Counted from the stretch's first letter, positions 18,980 through 30,222 are shown. The stretch: DNA of 64,000 bases from Desulfovibrionaceae bacterium (GCA_963665495.1 OY762289.1:1189909-1253908), one strand, 5' to 3'. Made by a program: numbers and translations. Notes: generated from the letters alone by a model not told the origin.

Positions 18980-20125
18980 GTGGAAACCAGTAAAACAGCC
19001 GCAATCAAACCATTTTACGCCATGGATGTGTTGGAGCGCGCCGAAGCCATGGAGCGCGAGGGCGTACACATCATCCATATGGAAGTGGGGCAGCCGGATT
19101 TTGAAACCCCGCACCCCATCAAAGATGCCTGCGTCAAGGCTCTTGAAAAAGGGCATACGTCCTATACGCACAGCCTTGGAATTATTGAGCTGCGTGAGGC
19201 TATTTGCGCCCATTACTACGACAAGTACGGCGTCATTGTACATCCGGACCAGATTGCCGTGACCAACGGGACATCACCGGCCATGCATCTGGTGTTTTCC
19301 GCCTTGCTGGAAAACAATGACGAGGTGATTATTTCGGACCCGCATTACGCCTGCTACCCCAACTTCGTACGTATCGGCTGCGGCGAGCCGGTTGCTGTTC
19401 GGGTGGAAGAAGCCGACGCTTTCCAGTTTCGCATAGACGCTGTCCGGGCTGCCATGACAGAATGGACCAAAGGAATTTTTATTAATTCTCCTGCCAACCC
19501 CACAGGCACGGTAATGAGCGGCGAACGTATGGCGCAACTGGCGGAGTTGGATGTGCCGATTATTTCAGACGAGATTTACCACGGGCTGGTATATGAGGGA
19601 GAGGAACACACGATTCTCGAATATACGGACAATGCCTTTGTGTTGAATGGTTTTTCTAAGGCATACGCCATGACGGGCCTCAGGCTCGGATATCTGATCG
19701 CACCTAAGGCGTATATGAAGGCCATCCGGAAGCTCACACAGACGCTGTATATTTCGACTAATTCCATCACACAATGGGCCGGAGTCGCGGCGTTGACCCA
19801 ATGCCAGGACGACGTACGCCGGATGCGGGAAATCTTCAACAAGCGCCGCCGGTTCATCATAGATCGGGTCAAGGAACTTGGCCTGGGCCTGCTGACGGAA
19901 CCCACGGGCGCTTTTTATGTGTTGGCCAACTGCAAACACATAAATGAGGATTCCTACAAACTGGCTTTTGAAATCCTGGAGAAAGCGCACGTAGGCGTTA
20001 CGCCCGGCATAGATTTCGGACCCGGCGCAGAAGGCTATATTCGTTTTTCCTACGCCAACTCCCTGGAAAATATCGCCGAAGCAATGAACCGGCTGGAGAC
20101 CTTTCTGAAACAGCGTGAAGCTTAA
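18980..20125 (+). CDS. Pyridoxal-phosphate-dependent aminotransferase, class I/II (aspartate-aminotransferase-like)
   Basis: 381 aa. …LNGFSKAYAMTGLRLGYLI… PLP-lysine region. GTG start 6 nt after GAGGAGA. Confidence 0.8.
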   Translation: METSKTAAIKPFYAMDVLERAEAMEREGVHIIHMEVGQPDFETPHPIKDACVKALEKGHTSYTHSLGIIELREAICAHYYDKYGVIVHPDQIAVTNGTSPAMHLVFSALLENNDEVIISDPHYACYPNFVRIGCGEPVAVRVEEADAFQFRIDAVRAAMTEWTKGIFINSPANPTGTVMSGERMAQLAELDVPIISDEIYHGLVYEGEEHTILEYTDNAFVLNGFSKAYAMTGLRLGYLIAPKAYMKAIRKLTQTLYISTNSITQWAGVAALTQCQDDVRRMREIFNKRRRFIIDRVKELGLGLLTEPTGAFYVLANCKHINEDSYKLAFEILEKAHVGVTPGIDFGPGAEGYIRFSYANSLENIAEAMNRLETFLKQREA

Positions 20126-20502
20126 TCAGACTTGACGGCCACACATTCGATTTCCACCAGGGCATCGAGCGGTAATTTATTGACGGCAATGGTGGTGCGC
20201 GCCGGTTTGTGTTCTCCGAAAAAGCTGGCGTACACCTTGTTCATGCCCTGGAAATCGTCCATGTCTTTGAGGTAGACCGTGGTTTTGACCACGGCGTCAG
20301 GAGTCATGCCCATTCCCTGGAGCACGATGGCGATGTTTTTCAAAACACGACGCGTCTGTTCCTGAATTTCCGTACCTTCCAGTTGCATCGTCTCCGGATT
20401 CAAAGGGGTCTGGCCTGAGCAGAAGATGAGTTTGCCGATACTGACGGCATGGCTGTAAGGACCGATGGCTTCGGGGGCTCCGTCTACGTTGTGCGTACGC
20501 AT
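20122..20502 (-). CDS. ridA: RidA family protein (YjgF/TdcF reactive-intermediate deaminase)
   Basis: 126 aa. …APEAIGPYSHAV… …ARTTIAVNKLPLDALVEIECVA… family signature. Its 3' end overlaps the aminotransferase 3' end (convergent). Confidence 0.85.
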   Translation of the reverse strand: MRTHNVDGAPEAIGPYSHAVSIGKLIFCSGQTPLNPETMQLEGTEIQEQTRRVLKNIAIVLQGMGMTPDAVVKTTVYLKDMDDFQGMNKVYASFFGEHKPARTTIAVNKLPLDALVEIECVAVKSD

Positions 20503-20677
20503 GGTAGTCTCCTTTTGGGTTCGAGTGTCGCCTGGCTGGGTACGTTCAAATCGACCAGGGCTGTTTCCATCGTCCTGGTACTGCGAAAACGATTAAAACA
20601 GCTGCAATTTGGCCATTTAACGCAAAAAAACACTCTTTGCCAAGGAAAATTGCCGCGTATCTGCGGGAAAAACGACG

Positions 20678-21832
20678 CTAAACCGTGTTGTTCTGGGTGA
20701 GACGTCTGTATTTTCTTGAGTAGAGCAGAGCGCCGATTATGGCTGTAAACGGAGCCACTGTGACCAGTCCGAAGCTTCCAACCAGGGTTTTGAGTACTTC
20801 CGCGGCCACGTAGATCAGGTTGAAGGTGTTGATCAGCGGGACTCCCTGAGCCATGAAGGCCATCAACAGAGTAATATAGCCGCCCGAATAAGCCAGCAGC
20901 AGGGTGGTGGTCATGGTGCCGACCACGGCGCGTCCGACGCTGAGGCCCGAACGCAGCGCTTCCCAGAAATTCATGTCGGGTTTTTTATCAAAAACTTCCT
21001 TCATGCTGGCGGCAACATCCATGGCCAGGTCCATGACCGCTCCGGAAGCGGCCAGGAAAACCGCTGCCATATATATTCGCGTAATATTCAGATGTGCGAA
21101 TCCCGAATACAACAGGGTTTCTGAAAAGGGCATCACCGCGCCATGTACGTGCAGCAGGCTGGTGAAGAGGATTGAAAGCAGGCAACTGGTCATGACTCCG
21201 AGAAATGCTCCCAGAAAAGCGACGACGCCCAAGAGCGTCGGACCGGCCACCAGAAAAATGATTGCAAAGCAGAGCAAGGCCACCAGACCTATCCCCAGCC
21301 AGATGGGATCGTAGCCGTCCAGCATCATGGGGACGGCGATACGCCACAACAGCATTCCTGTAAAAAGAAATGAAACAAGGGCCTTGAGTCCGGTCCAGCC
21401 GCCGAAAGCCAGCAGCAGCACAATGAACATTCCCAGCAGGACAAGCTCCCAACCTATCCGGTAGTGGGCCTGCGGGTTGGTGTAGAGCAGCTCGCCCTTG
21501 GGGCTCACCGTAAGAACCACGAGCGCGGTGTCGCCTGGGGAAAAGACCTTGTCCTTGTCCATCATGCCCAGCAGCGAGTTGGTGCCTTCAAGTTTGCGGC
21601 CTTTATACGGGCCGTCCAGAATTTCGAGAGAAACGGTTTGTTCGCCTTGTTTAACAATGCCGAACTGCTGAATCTCACTGTTGTCGACGGACAGCACTTT
21701 GCCGCGGCATTGCACTGCCATTGAGTCGACGCGGTCTTCGTAACCGGTGGGAACAAAATATACAGCTATGGTCAGAAGGAGAAAAATCAGCGTGAACAGA
21801 GCGTCACGTCTGGAAGGCCGGGGTGCGTACAT
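20678..21832 (-). CDS. YibE/F family membrane protein
   Basis: 384 aa, N-terminal TM + soluble loop + ~6 TM C-terminal bundle. Overall architecture and motifs consistent with YibE/F (assignment from pattern recall). Confidence 0.5.
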   Translation of the reverse strand: MYAPRPSRRDALFTLIFLLLTIAVYFVPTGYEDRVDSMAVQCRGKVLSVDNSEIQQFGIVKQGEQTVSLEILDGPYKGRKLEGTNSLLGMMDKDKVFSPGDTALVVLTVSPKGELLYTNPQAHYRIGWELVLLGMFIVLLLAFGGWTGLKALVSFLFTGMLLWRIAVPMMLDGYDPIWLGIGLVALLCFAIIFLVAGPTLLGVVAFLGAFLGVMTSCLLSILFTSLLHVHGAVMPFSETLLYSGFAHLNITRIYMAAVFLAASGAVMDLAMDVAASMKEVFDKKPDMNFWEALRSGLSVGRAVVGTMTTTLLLAYSGGYITLLMAFMAQGVPLINTFNLIYVAAEVLKTLVGSFGLVTVAPFTAIIGALLYSRKYRRLTQNNTV

Positions 21833-21910
21833 GGTGTTTTCCTTGGAAAAAGCGACCCGGCCGTAAAGGCCGGGTCGTTTGAAACGTATTGAGGATAAAC
21901 GGAAGACGAC

Positions 21911-23431
21911 TTAGTTGGAAGCGACTTTGTCCATGGTAAAGGGGTAGACTTTGGGGTCGACGCCCATGACGGCCATGATTTTCTTGGCGATGTCGGTGTT
22001 GTCATAGAAACCGTTGAAGGTTTCCTGACCAACGCCCATGGCGGAAGTGCCGACGGGGACACCGGTGTGTTTGTAAGAGGTCCAGGCCATTCCTGCATTG
22101 TTGTTCAAAGCATGGGTGATCTCAACAGTCAAGGGGTCGTATTCGCCGTAGAGCAGGGCGGTCATGGGATCTTCGGACTTGACCTTGTCGCCCAGCATGG
22201 ACTGCTCGAAACCCTTTTTCAGCGCTGCGATCTGGTAAGGTCTCAGCACCGACTGGTCGGCTTTGGGATCGCCCTCGAACTTGAGACCGAAGTATTCGGT
22301 GATAATGGGCTTGATGTCTTCGAAAGTGGCTTTGTCGCCGTGAGTTTTTTTGAAATCAGCCATGACTACGTCCGTGAACTTCTGGAAGGAGATCTTCTGA
22401 CCGTCGAGGATGGTGAAGTAGGTGTCGTAGTTAGTGCCGGCAAAACCCATGGTCAAACCACCACACTCGTGGTCGCCGGTTACGACGATCAGAGTTTCAT
22501 TGGGGTGTTTTTCGGCGAAATCCAGAGCGACCTGGATGGACTCGTCAAAAGAAATAGTGTTTCCAATGGAAGTAACGGCGTCGTTGGCGTGGCAGGCCCA
22601 GTCAATTTTACCGCCTTCGAGCATGATGAAAAAGCCTTTGTCGTTGTCCAGCAGTTCGATGCCCTTGCTGAGGAATTCGTCCAGGCGGATATCTTCAGGA
22701 GTCATGTCGATGACGTAAGGAAGCGCCTTGCCGTCGGGGAGGTTTTTATTCCAGGCCAGAACTTTACCGCTGTCTTTGTTCAGCTTTTCGAAGTCAGTCT
22801 TGTTGTCGACAACAGTGAAACCGTTCTTTTTGGCGACGTCGATGACATTGCCTTTGGGTGCTTTGGATTTTTTGCCGTCCGGATCCTTGATGCCGCCGCC
22901 GGCGAAGTAGTCGAAGTCGCTGTTGGCCAGCTGCAGGGCGATTTCATAGTACATTTTGCGGGTGGGAACATGGGAGTAGAAAGCGGCCGGGGTGGCGTGG
23001 TCAATGGACACGCTGGAGATGATGCCTACTTTTTTACCCTGCTCTTTGGCCAGTTCGGCAACGCTCTTGATGGGCGTGTTATCGGGGAGCATGCCGATAA
23101 AGTTGATGTTGGTCTTTTGTCCGCAACCGATAGCCGTTGCGGATGCAGCCGAACCCGTGATGAAGCGGTTGGCGGCGGAAGTCGTTGTAACACCCTGGGC
23201 CGGCAGTTTATCCATGGCCATGATGTTGAATTTTCCGGACTTCATTTCAGCGGCCATTTTCTGGGGAAAGCCCATGCCGTCGCCGATGAACAGAAAGACG
23301 TATTTGGCGGGATTGCCTTTGTACAAACTGGACCCCTGGGTCTCGGCAGCGAACAGCTGGCTGCCGGACAGCACCATCAATAACAAGAGCGCAAGGACAA
23401 GCGCCAATTGTTTGCGTGAACAACGGATCAT
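21911..23431 (-). CDS. Alkaline phosphatase family protein (PhoA-like), secreted
   Basis: Signal peptide. Nucleophile-loop …FITGSAASATAIG… (canonical D-S-A-A-S-A-T with G in place of D). Metal-ligand blocks …EGGKIDWACHAND… and …VVTGDHECGG… RBS GAGGAGG upstream. Confidence 0.8.
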   Translation of the reverse strand: MIRCSRKQLALVLALLLLMVLSGSQLFAAETQGSSLYKGNPAKYVFLFIGDGMGFPQKMAAEMKSGKFNIMAMDKLPAQGVTTTSAANRFITGSAASATAIGCGQKTNINFIGMLPDNTPIKSVAELAKEQGKKVGIISSVSIDHATPAAFYSHVPTRKMYYEIALQLANSDFDYFAGGGIKDPDGKKSKAPKGNVIDVAKKNGFTVVDNKTDFEKLNKDSGKVLAWNKNLPDGKALPYVIDMTPEDIRLDEFLSKGIELLDNDKGFFIMLEGGKIDWACHANDAVTSIGNTISFDESIQVALDFAEKHPNETLIVVTGDHECGGLTMGFAGTNYDTYFTILDGQKISFQKFTDVVMADFKKTHGDKATFEDIKPIITEYFGLKFEGDPKADQSVLRPYQIAALKKGFEQSMLGDKVKSEDPMTALLYGEYDPLTVEITHALNNNAGMAWTSYKHTGVPVGTSAMGVGQETFNGFYDNTDIAKKIMAVMGVDPKVYPFTMDKVASN

Positions 23432-23707
23432 CGTTTTTCCTCCTCATAGGAAAGTTTTTGGTTCCCCAGTTAATGCATGTTGTTATGTTACATTTTAGAG
23501 ACGAAGATGTGAAAGATATGATTCGACAGGGAGTTAACACAGACGCTTTGTTCGTTGACTTGTACTTGAGATTAGCACATTTTTTTCACCAATTTCGTAC
23601 GCTTCCGGCTGTCGCCTGCTTGCCTTGTTTATCCTGGCCGCGCGTGGCATAGTGGGGAAGCAAAATAACCTTCCTTTATGGGAAGAAAAACAGCAAGGAA
23701 TTACGTT

Positions 23708-24070
23708 ATGGATATCTCCGCTGCCATTGCAGCAATGAAAAAAGAACCTGGTTTTGCCGAAAAAGTCGGCATGGTATTGGTGCACAATGGCGTGGCAAGG
23801 GCAACTTCCCGAGCGGGTGCCCCTGTGGCTTCATTGGATGTAACGGTGGACCAGAAACGAGTTGAGGATTTGCGTGAGGAATACGAACAGCATCCCGGAA
23901 TCTTTAAAATCGTCATTGAGGCCAGATCAGGCCATGTGGAGCCCACAGACGACCTGCTTTTTATCATAGTGGCGGGAGATCTGCGGGAGAACGTCAAGGC
24001 GGTGCTGGCCGAGCTGCTCGACCGGGTCAAATCCGAGGCCATTTCCAAAAAAGAATACGCTCCGGAGTAG
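23708..24070 (+). CDS. MoaE-like protein (molybdopterin synthase catalytic-subunit fold)
   Basis: About 120 aa. Collinear similarity to MoaE blocks (GMVLVHNGVAR ~ GAVVTFTGKVR; …FKIVIEARSGHVEPTDDLLFIIVAGDLRENV… ~ …IHRIGELWPGDEIVFVGVTSAHR…). Confidence 0.45.
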   Translation: MDISAAIAAMKKEPGFAEKVGMVLVHNGVARATSRAGAPVASLDVTVDQKRVEDLREEYEQHPGIFKIVIEARSGHVEPTDDLLFIIVAGDLRENVKAVLAELLDRVKSEAISKKEYAPE

Positions 24071-24144
24071 GTAATAAAAAAGCCGGATTGTTTTTCAGTC
24101 CGGCTTTCATTCCAGGGCTCCCGCCGGGAGCCCGCAGGCTAGCC

Positions 24145-24354
24145 TCAGGAAAAACTGCTGGAACCGCAACTACTGGCGGAGGGCATTGTTCCTGAGAATG
24201 CGGTGCTTGAAGAGCGTAGGCTTGGGGCGCTTATGCATCGCTCCACCTCGTCGCTTCCGCAGGACGGGCATTTGGGAGCTTCGGGATCGGATCCCATGAT
24301 GAGTTCCTCAAACTTCTGACCGCAGTGTTTGCAGACATACTCGAATAACGGCAT
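24145..24354 (-). CDS. FmdB family zinc-ribbon protein
   Basis: 69 aa. MPLFEYVCKHCGQKFE … CPSCGS (two CxxC knuckles; canonical FmdB N-terminus MPxYEYxC). Low-complexity Ser-rich tail. Confidence 0.75.
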   Translation of the reverse strand: MPLFEYVCKHCGQKFEELIMGSDPEAPKCPSCGSDEVERCISAPSLRSSSTAFSGTMPSASSCGSSSFS

Positions 24355-24748
24355 TGTCTTCTCCTGGGTTTAGTGGACACGCGTTATTTGGGGCTGTCAT
24401 CGTTGTCTTCTTCCTTTTCCGGCTCCTTGGGCTGCCAACTGCAGCTTTTTGCCGCGCCTCAGCCAATGCCCAGCTTAGGAAAGACAAAACGCACCAGCGC
24501 AATATAGACGACTACCAGGGCGATGATCGCTAGGGTATCATGCATTCAGTTACCTCCACATTCGCCGAATTCCTTGGAACAGAACTGTTCGTCGGGAAAA
24601 TAAAGGTAAGATCTATATATAGGTCTGGCAAGTGCCAGATTTTTCTATAGTAAGGATTGGCTCTGCGACAATTGACAGACTTGTTGCGCCAATCTAATTA
24701 TTGCTCCATACGTATGAAAATGGAATTGAATCAGTACAGGAGATGGAG

Positions 24749-25240
24749 ATGAGCACGGAAACAACTATTCCTGAACAGGGACAGTCCGCTCCGGAGTTTT
24801 GCCTGCCGGACACTTTTGGAGAGCAGTTTTGTCTCAAGGATCTGACCGGGAAGTGGGTGGTCCTGTATTTCTACCCCAAAGACAACACTTCCGGTTGTAC
24901 TACGGAAGCACTTGAATTCACGGCGTTGAAGGGGGAATTCGATGCTTTGAACGCGGTGGTCCTGGGCGTGAGCAAGGATTCGGAAGCATCGCACCGGAAA
25001 TTCATGGAAACGCACGGCCTGACCATCAGACTACTTGCAGACCCGGAAAAAACAGTTCTGCAACAGTACGGCGCCTGGCGGATGAAGAAAATGTACGGCA
25101 AGGAAAGTATGGGCGTGGTGCGCTCCACTTTTCTGATCGGTCCGGATCAACAGATCCGCAAGGCTTGGCCTAGAGTGGCCAAGGCAGCCGGCCACGCGTC
25201 AAAAGTGCTTGAAACCTTGCGCGAACTGGCCGGTGCGTAA
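24749..25240 (+). CDS. bcp: Peroxiredoxin Bcp (thioredoxin-dependent thiol peroxidase)
   Basis: …WVVLYFYPKDNTSGCTTEA… peroxidatic-Cys motif of the AhpC/TSA-Bcp family. RBS CAGGAG 7 nt before ATG 24749. Confidence 0.85.
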   Translation: MSTETTIPEQGQSAPEFCLPDTFGEQFCLKDLTGKWVVLYFYPKDNTSGCTTEALEFTALKGEFDALNAVVLGVSKDSEASHRKFMETHGLTIRLLADPEKTVLQQYGAWRMKKMYGKESMGVVRSTFLIGPDQQIRKAWPRVAKAAGHASKVLETLRELAGA

Positions 25241-25263
25241 AAAACGCTGAAACTGAAAACGTG

Positions 25264-26385
25264 TCATGTATCCTGATGCGTACGTAAAAGTAGTTCTCCA
25301 TCAAAATCAAAGACAAAAATCTCCAGTTCGGGCCCTGATCCGAGAAAAGCGCGGGCCTGCCGCAGGGCCTGGTTGATGGCCAGCGACCAGACACGGGCTG
25401 ACAGAGGGCCTTTTCCCAAAAGATCCGCGACCCGCCGTACCGTGATGGCCGTACGGACTTCGTGAATCAAGGCGCTATCCGCGCCTGCGCTTTCGCACCA
25501 GGAGGCCAGCAGTTCGCCGTCCACAGGACCGCTTTTGGCGTGCGTATAGGGAAGTCCCTGGGCCATTTTGACGAGTTTGCCCGGATAGCAGCCCCAGACC
25601 ACCCGTGAGAATTTCCGGGCGGCGGCCTGCTGCAGGCTGAAGGCAAAAAAATCCGCAATCTGGATGAAGCACCGTTCCGAAAGTTCGGGGAAGCAGGCCT
25701 GCAACAAGCGTTCGCTCCTGCGGCCTGTTGAAAAACAAACCGTGGGCAGTTCGAGCGCCTGGGCCACGTCCAGGGCTTCGGCTATGGACGCCTGCCAGGC
25801 TTCGTGGCTGAAGGGACGGACAATGCCGCTGGTGCCGAGAATGGAAATGCCGCCTACAATGCCCAAGCGCGGATTCATGGTCCGCTCGGCGATTTTTTCG
25901 CCGTTTTCAACACTGACGAGCACGTCCGCGCCGCCAGGGTAGCCTGCCAGGGCGAATGCTTCAGCAACCGCGTCCTGAATTTGTTTGAGGGGAGCCGGAT
26001 TGATGGCAGCCTCTCCCGGCTGGCGCGGTAGTCCGGGCAGCGTGACGCGGCCCACCCCCGGGCCGCCCTCCACTTCAATGGTTCCCGGCTTGCGGGGAAA
26101 GAGCCGGACCTCTGCCCAGAGCCTGGCGCCGTGGGTTGCATCGGGATCATCTCCGCCGTCTTTGATAACGGCCGCGCGTACGGCTGTTCCCAGAATCTGC
26201 AACTGCTCGATGAAAATCTCGAGTCGTCCCCCCATGGGCAACGGCACGTGACAACGATCGCAACGGGCGGCGCCCAGCAGAATCAGAGCGGCGGCTTTGG
26301 CCGCTGCCGCAACTGCAGAGCCCGTGGTAAACCCCTCGCGGAGTGCTGGCTTAGTGCTCGGTGCCCGAGTGGCTGCTGGTGACAT
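25264..26385 (-). CDS. cbiD: Cobalt-precorrin-5B (C1)-methyltransferase
   Basis: 373 aa. N-terminal …LREGFTTGSAVAAAAKAAALIL… is the CbiD hallmark. Confidence 0.85.
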   Translation of the reverse strand: MSPAATRAPSTKPALREGFTTGSAVAAAAKAAALILLGAARCDRCHVPLPMGGRLEIFIEQLQILGTAVRAAVIKDGGDDPDATHGARLWAEVRLFPRKPGTIEVEGGPGVGRVTLPGLPRQPGEAAINPAPLKQIQDAVAEAFALAGYPGGADVLVSVENGEKIAERTMNPRLGIVGGISILGTSGIVRPFSHEAWQASIAEALDVAQALELPTVCFSTGRRSERLLQACFPELSERCFIQIADFFAFSLQQAAARKFSRVVWGCYPGKLVKMAQGLPYTHAKSGPVDGELLASWCESAGADSALIHEVRTAITVRRVADLLGKGPLSARVWSLAINQALRQARAFLGSGPELEIFVFDFDGELLLRTHQDT

Positions 26386-26776
26386 TATCCACCAGATCTT
26401 CTTTTAAGGCCTTCTTTAAGGCTTCAGCGTATTTTTCCACGTCTTTGGCTTGCATACCTTTCACAAGATCCTCGGCGGAGGTGATATCAGCGAATTTTTG
26501 TTGTATCGCGCACAGCAGAAACACCCCGACAGGTTTTCCTCCCAACACGATGGCAGCCATGATGTTGCTGTCCCGCAAACGTTTGCGAAAGGATTCTGGC
26601 ATGCCCGGGGCGCCGTCCACCATGTGTTTTGGATAAAAGGAATAGGTGATTGTCATATTGGCGGTGGCCAGGGGTTGGTTGCTGAAACCGTCGTCAAGGT
26701 CGAGTTTGGCGCTCAACGCGGACTGAATGACATTGAACAGGTCTCCGGCAAGGGAAATCGCGTAACTATCGTCCAT
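26351..26776 (-). CDS. Hypothetical protein (141 aa), upstream of and overlapping cbiD
   Basis: ORF with coding-like composition, 35-nt overlap with the cbiD start. No family recognised. Confidence 0.45.
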   Translation of the reverse strand: MDDSYAISLAGDLFNVIQSALSAKLDLDDGFSNQPLATANMTITYSFYPKHMVDGAPGMPESFRKRLRDSNIMAAIVLGGKPVGVFLLCAIQQKFADITSAEDLVKGMQAKDVEKYAEALKKALKEDLVDNVTSSHSGTEH

Positions 26777-27465
26777 AACTAGTATCTGCCTCGCAAAAAA
26801 ATGTCCGCCATCCGGGCGGCGAAGTAAAGGTTATCCCAGGAAAATGCCGAGGGCAAATGCCCACCGAAGTCCCTGGGGAGAGCCGCTAAATGCGCCACGA
26901 GACTGCCGGGTGATTCCCAAAGCAATACGCCGATAGTTTGTTCATTGGCCTGTTGCTTGAAAATACAGGTTGTTCTACAGAGCAGTCGTGGGGAGCTGAT
27001 AAGCCTGTAATGCGGCGTATCGACCTCATCTGCTTCTTTCTCTTAAGCGGCTTGGTGCGCTTTTTGATTATTTTTCGATTTATATCAAGGAATTTTTCGT
27101 ATCAAGACTCTGCCCGCCTGAAACCGGCTGGTTTATCAAAATGAGTGCGTATAAAAAAGAGTGGCTGTGTACTATGGGAGTAAAATTTTACGATTTGATA
27201 AATAACTGGTTCAGGTATCGGTACAGCTTTTTAAAATATAATGGTATAAGGAAACACAGGCGGGTAGTCTTCGAATACCCGCTTTGATGCGCAGGAGTGA
27301 TTTTTCGGCGATTTTCGAATAAAGTGGTCGGAATAAGCCATAGTCCCCGGACTGTCTTAGGAAAGCGTAGAGTACCATTGACTGTTTACGTTGATTGATA
27401 TTCAAATTTTTATTTTGTTGTGATAGAAAGTAAAGATACTTCTACTGTATATCCCAGGAAACCTT

Positions 27466-30222
27466 ATGCCAAATTATGCTGTTATGACAAAAGAAGCGCT
27501 TGTTGCTGCATTACAGCAAGCCGAAGAAAAAACATCACGACTCCAATATCGCTTCAATGAACTTGAGTCCTTTGGCAATACAGGTATTTTTGATTTTGAC
27601 TTGGTAAATATGGTGAATTTCTGGAGCGATGGAATGTATCGGCTCTGGGGCTACATTCCTGGTGAAATTACGCCGGAGTTTTCCTTCATACTAACTCATG
27701 CGCATGACGCGGACAGAGAATCAGTCGAGCAACAAATCGCATCTTTATATGAGGGTAATGATTCAATTGAACTTCAGTTTCGACGCATTTTGAAGAACGG
27801 AGATACGGCTCATGGATTGTGCAAAATAAAAATGGAACGAGGCCCTTTGGGCCAGCCTCTGCGAATATCAGGCGTTTTATTGGATAGTTCCGAGCGGCAG
27901 GCTCTGGAAGAAGAGCGATTGCGCGATAAAAATCTCCTGAATGAAACACAAATGCTCAGCGGTACCAGTGGCTGGGAATTAAATCTTGAAACGGGCGTAT
28001 GCCACTGGACTGATAACCTTGCACGGATGTTTGGCTACGAACTCAAGGAACTCCCTGACGATAAGAACCTTTTTTTTCTTGAGAGCGTTTTGCACCCTGA
28101 CGATCAGGAGCTTTTTAAGCAAACCATGCAGCGGGTTGCGGAAGAAAATATTTTTCAATCCATTGAATTCAGAGCCAAATGTAAAAACGGCGACATAAAA
28201 TATCTGCATAGTCTCATCAAACCCGGTAAAAATATGGACGGTATTGTGTCCAGGATTCTGGGCGCCAATCTCGACGTCACATCAAGAAAACTCTTTATTG
28301 ATTCGCTCAGGCGGAGTGAAGAAAAATTCCGCATTATTTTTGAGCGCGCCCCCATTGGTATTGTGTTGTTTAATGAAAAGGGTGAAGTTCTCGAATGCAA
28401 TCCGCATTTTTTGAAAATTTTTGATGTAGTCTCTGCGGAAGCGTATGCCGGTTTCAACTTTTTCACCGCTGGCGTAGACGCTGCGCTGTTAAAGTCTTTT
28501 TCAGATGCCATAACTAAGGGAAAAGGCGAGTTCGAAGGGTATTATACATCGGTAATATCACAGAAAACCGTATACTTGCAGACTGTTAATGTTGAAGTTG
28601 CCTCAAATTTGTTTTTGAGCGTCATGGCGGACCTCTCCGAGCGTAAACATGCCGAAGAAGCTTTGATTGAAAGTGAAGAGCGCTACTCCCTGGTTGTCCA
28701 GGGAAGCAGGGACGGCATTTGGGACGTGGATCTGCGTACGAGTGAATTTTACCATTCCCCCAGGTTCCTGCAAATGCTCGGATATCAGGCGGATGAGTTC
28801 GCTAAAATTTCCCGTGACTGGAGGGAAAGGGTGCATCCGGAAGACCGGAAGCGCATATTTGAAGTGGTGCAGCAATGCCTTTGCGGTCAAAAGGATACTT
28901 TTTCAGAGGAATACCGGATCCGGAAAAAAGATGGTTCGTATTTATGGGTTCACGCCCAGGGAATGTGCGCAAAAGGCACGGATGGTATGGTACACCGGCT
29001 TGCGGGCGCCTATTCGGATATTTCCAAACGAAAGAAAGCGGAAGCGGAATTGATCAAAGCCAAAGAGGTCGCTGAAAACGCCAGTAAGGCCAAAAATGCT
29101 TTTCTGGCTAATATGAGCCATGAAATACGGACCCCTTTAAACGGCATCATTGGTCTTGTGCAGCTTCTGCGCGACTCCAGGTTGAACAAGGAGCAGAAGG
29201 CTCTGGTCGCCATGATCCATGATACCGGCACAAATTTGCTTCAGATTTTAAACGACATCCTGGATCTTTCCCGTATCGAAGCCGGGCATCTGGATATTCT
29301 TCCCGAACCGTTTTTTATGGATTCCGTGGTCCGTTCGATTTTCGGAGCCTTTGCCAACGAAGCCAAAGCTAAAGGACTCGGCTTCGACTGTGAGGTCGCA
29401 CCGGATGTTCCTCCGGCCCTTGTCGGGGACGTCACCCGTATTAGGCAGGTTTTGTACAATCTAGTCGGCAACTCCGTGAAATATACGGAAAATGGCTTTG
29501 TTAGGCTGGAAATTTATTCTCTGCCTAAAGCCGGAGTTGAAGATAAGATACTGCTGCATTTTGCCGTAATCGATACGGGCATTGGAATATCAGATGATAC
29601 GCTGGAGAGCGTATTTGAAACATTTACCCAGGTAAAAAACATTTATACCAAACAATACGGGGGATCCGGCCTTGGGTTGTCCATTGTCAAAAACTTGATT
29701 CAGCGGATGGGGGGGAATCTCGCCATATCCAGTGAGCTTGGCAACGGCACGGAAGTTCATGTTTCCCTTGAGCTGTCTCTGGCTGAAGAGCGGGAAGAGC
29801 CGGCACCGCAGGTTGTGGCTCCCAGCGAAACGGCTTACCATGAGTGCTCGGTGCTCCTGGTCGAGGATGATCCGGTCAATCGCGTAATGGCAGGCCGGTT
29901 GCTTCAAAAGATGGGGTGCCACGTAACCATCGCCACCAACGGTAAAGAAGCGCTCGAGATGCTCCCGAGAGTGTCTGTTGATTGTATTTTGATGGATATT
30001 CAGATGCCTGTGATGGATGGGGTGGAAGCAACCCGACGCATCCGGTCTGACAAAACCGGTGCGTTCGACCCTGACATCCCCATTGTGGCCATTACCGCCT
30101 ATGCCATGGAGGGGGACAAACAGAAATTCCTTGATGCGGGCATGAGCGCATACCTTTCAAAGCCAGTGGATGTTCAAGCCCTGAAGAATGTGCTAAAACA
30201 AATATTGGGGACACCCCCTTGA
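27466..30222 (+). CDS. Hybrid sensor histidine kinase/response regulator with multiple PAS domains
   Basis: 918 aa. Several PAS/PAC blocks. HisKA H-box (…[13 protein letters not shown]…). HATPase_c N/G1/G2 boxes (…[10 protein letters not shown]… …DTGIGI… …[10 protein letters not shown]…). C-terminal receiver (…[11 protein letters not shown]… …[12 protein letters not shown]… …SKP…). Confidence 0.9.
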   Translation: MPNYAVMTKEALVAALQQAEEKTSRLQYRFNELESFGNTGIFDFDLVNMVNFWSDGMYRLWGYIPGEITPEFSFILTHAHDADRESVEQQIASLYEGNDSIELQFRRILKNGDTAHGLCKIKMERGPLGQPLRISGVLLDSSERQALEEERLRDKNLLNETQMLSGTSGWELNLETGVCHWTDNLARMFGYELKELPDDKNLFFLESVLHPDDQELFKQTMQRVAEENIFQSIEFRAKCKNGDIKYLHSLIKPGKNMDGIVSRILGANLDVTSRKLFIDSLRRSEEKFRIIFERAPIGIVLFNEKGEVLECNPHFLKIFDVVSAEAYAGFNFFTAGVDAALLKSFSDAITKGKGEFEGYYTSVISQKTVYLQTVNVEVASNLFLSVMADLSERKHAEEALIESEERYSLVVQGSRDGIWDVDLRTSEFYHSPRFLQMLGYQADEFAKISRDWRERVHPEDRKRIFEVVQQCLCGQKDTFSEEYRIRKKDGSYLWVHAQGMCAKGTDGMVHRLAGAYSDISKRKKAEAELIKAKEVAENASKAKNAFLANMSHEIRTPLNGIIGLVQLLRDSRLNKEQKALVAMIHDTGTNLLQILNDILDLSRIEAGHLDILPEPFFMDSVVRSIFGAFANEAKAKGLGFDCEVAPDVPPALVGDVTRIRQVLYNLVGNSVKYTENGFVRLEIYSLPKAGVEDKILLHFAVIDTGIGISDDTLESVFETFTQVKNIYTKQYGGSGLGLSIVKNLIQRMGGNLAISSELGNGTEVHVSLELSLAEEREEPAPQVVAPSETAYHECSVLLVEDDPVNRVMAGRLLQKMGCHVTIATNGKEALEMLPRVSVDCILMDIQMPVMDGVEATRRIRSDKTGAFDPDIPIVAITAYAMEGDKQKFLDAGMSAYLSKPVDVQALKNVLKQILGTPP

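Noticed and set aside
20560-20660. Possible sigma-54 promoter (TGGCA…TTTGC) upstream of ridA
   Set aside because: The spacing between the GG and GC elements is 16 nt rather than the required 10. Not supported.
22067-23383. 438-aa plus-strand ORF
   Set aside because: Antisense to the alkaline phosphatase gene; repetitive G/V/D-rich translation.
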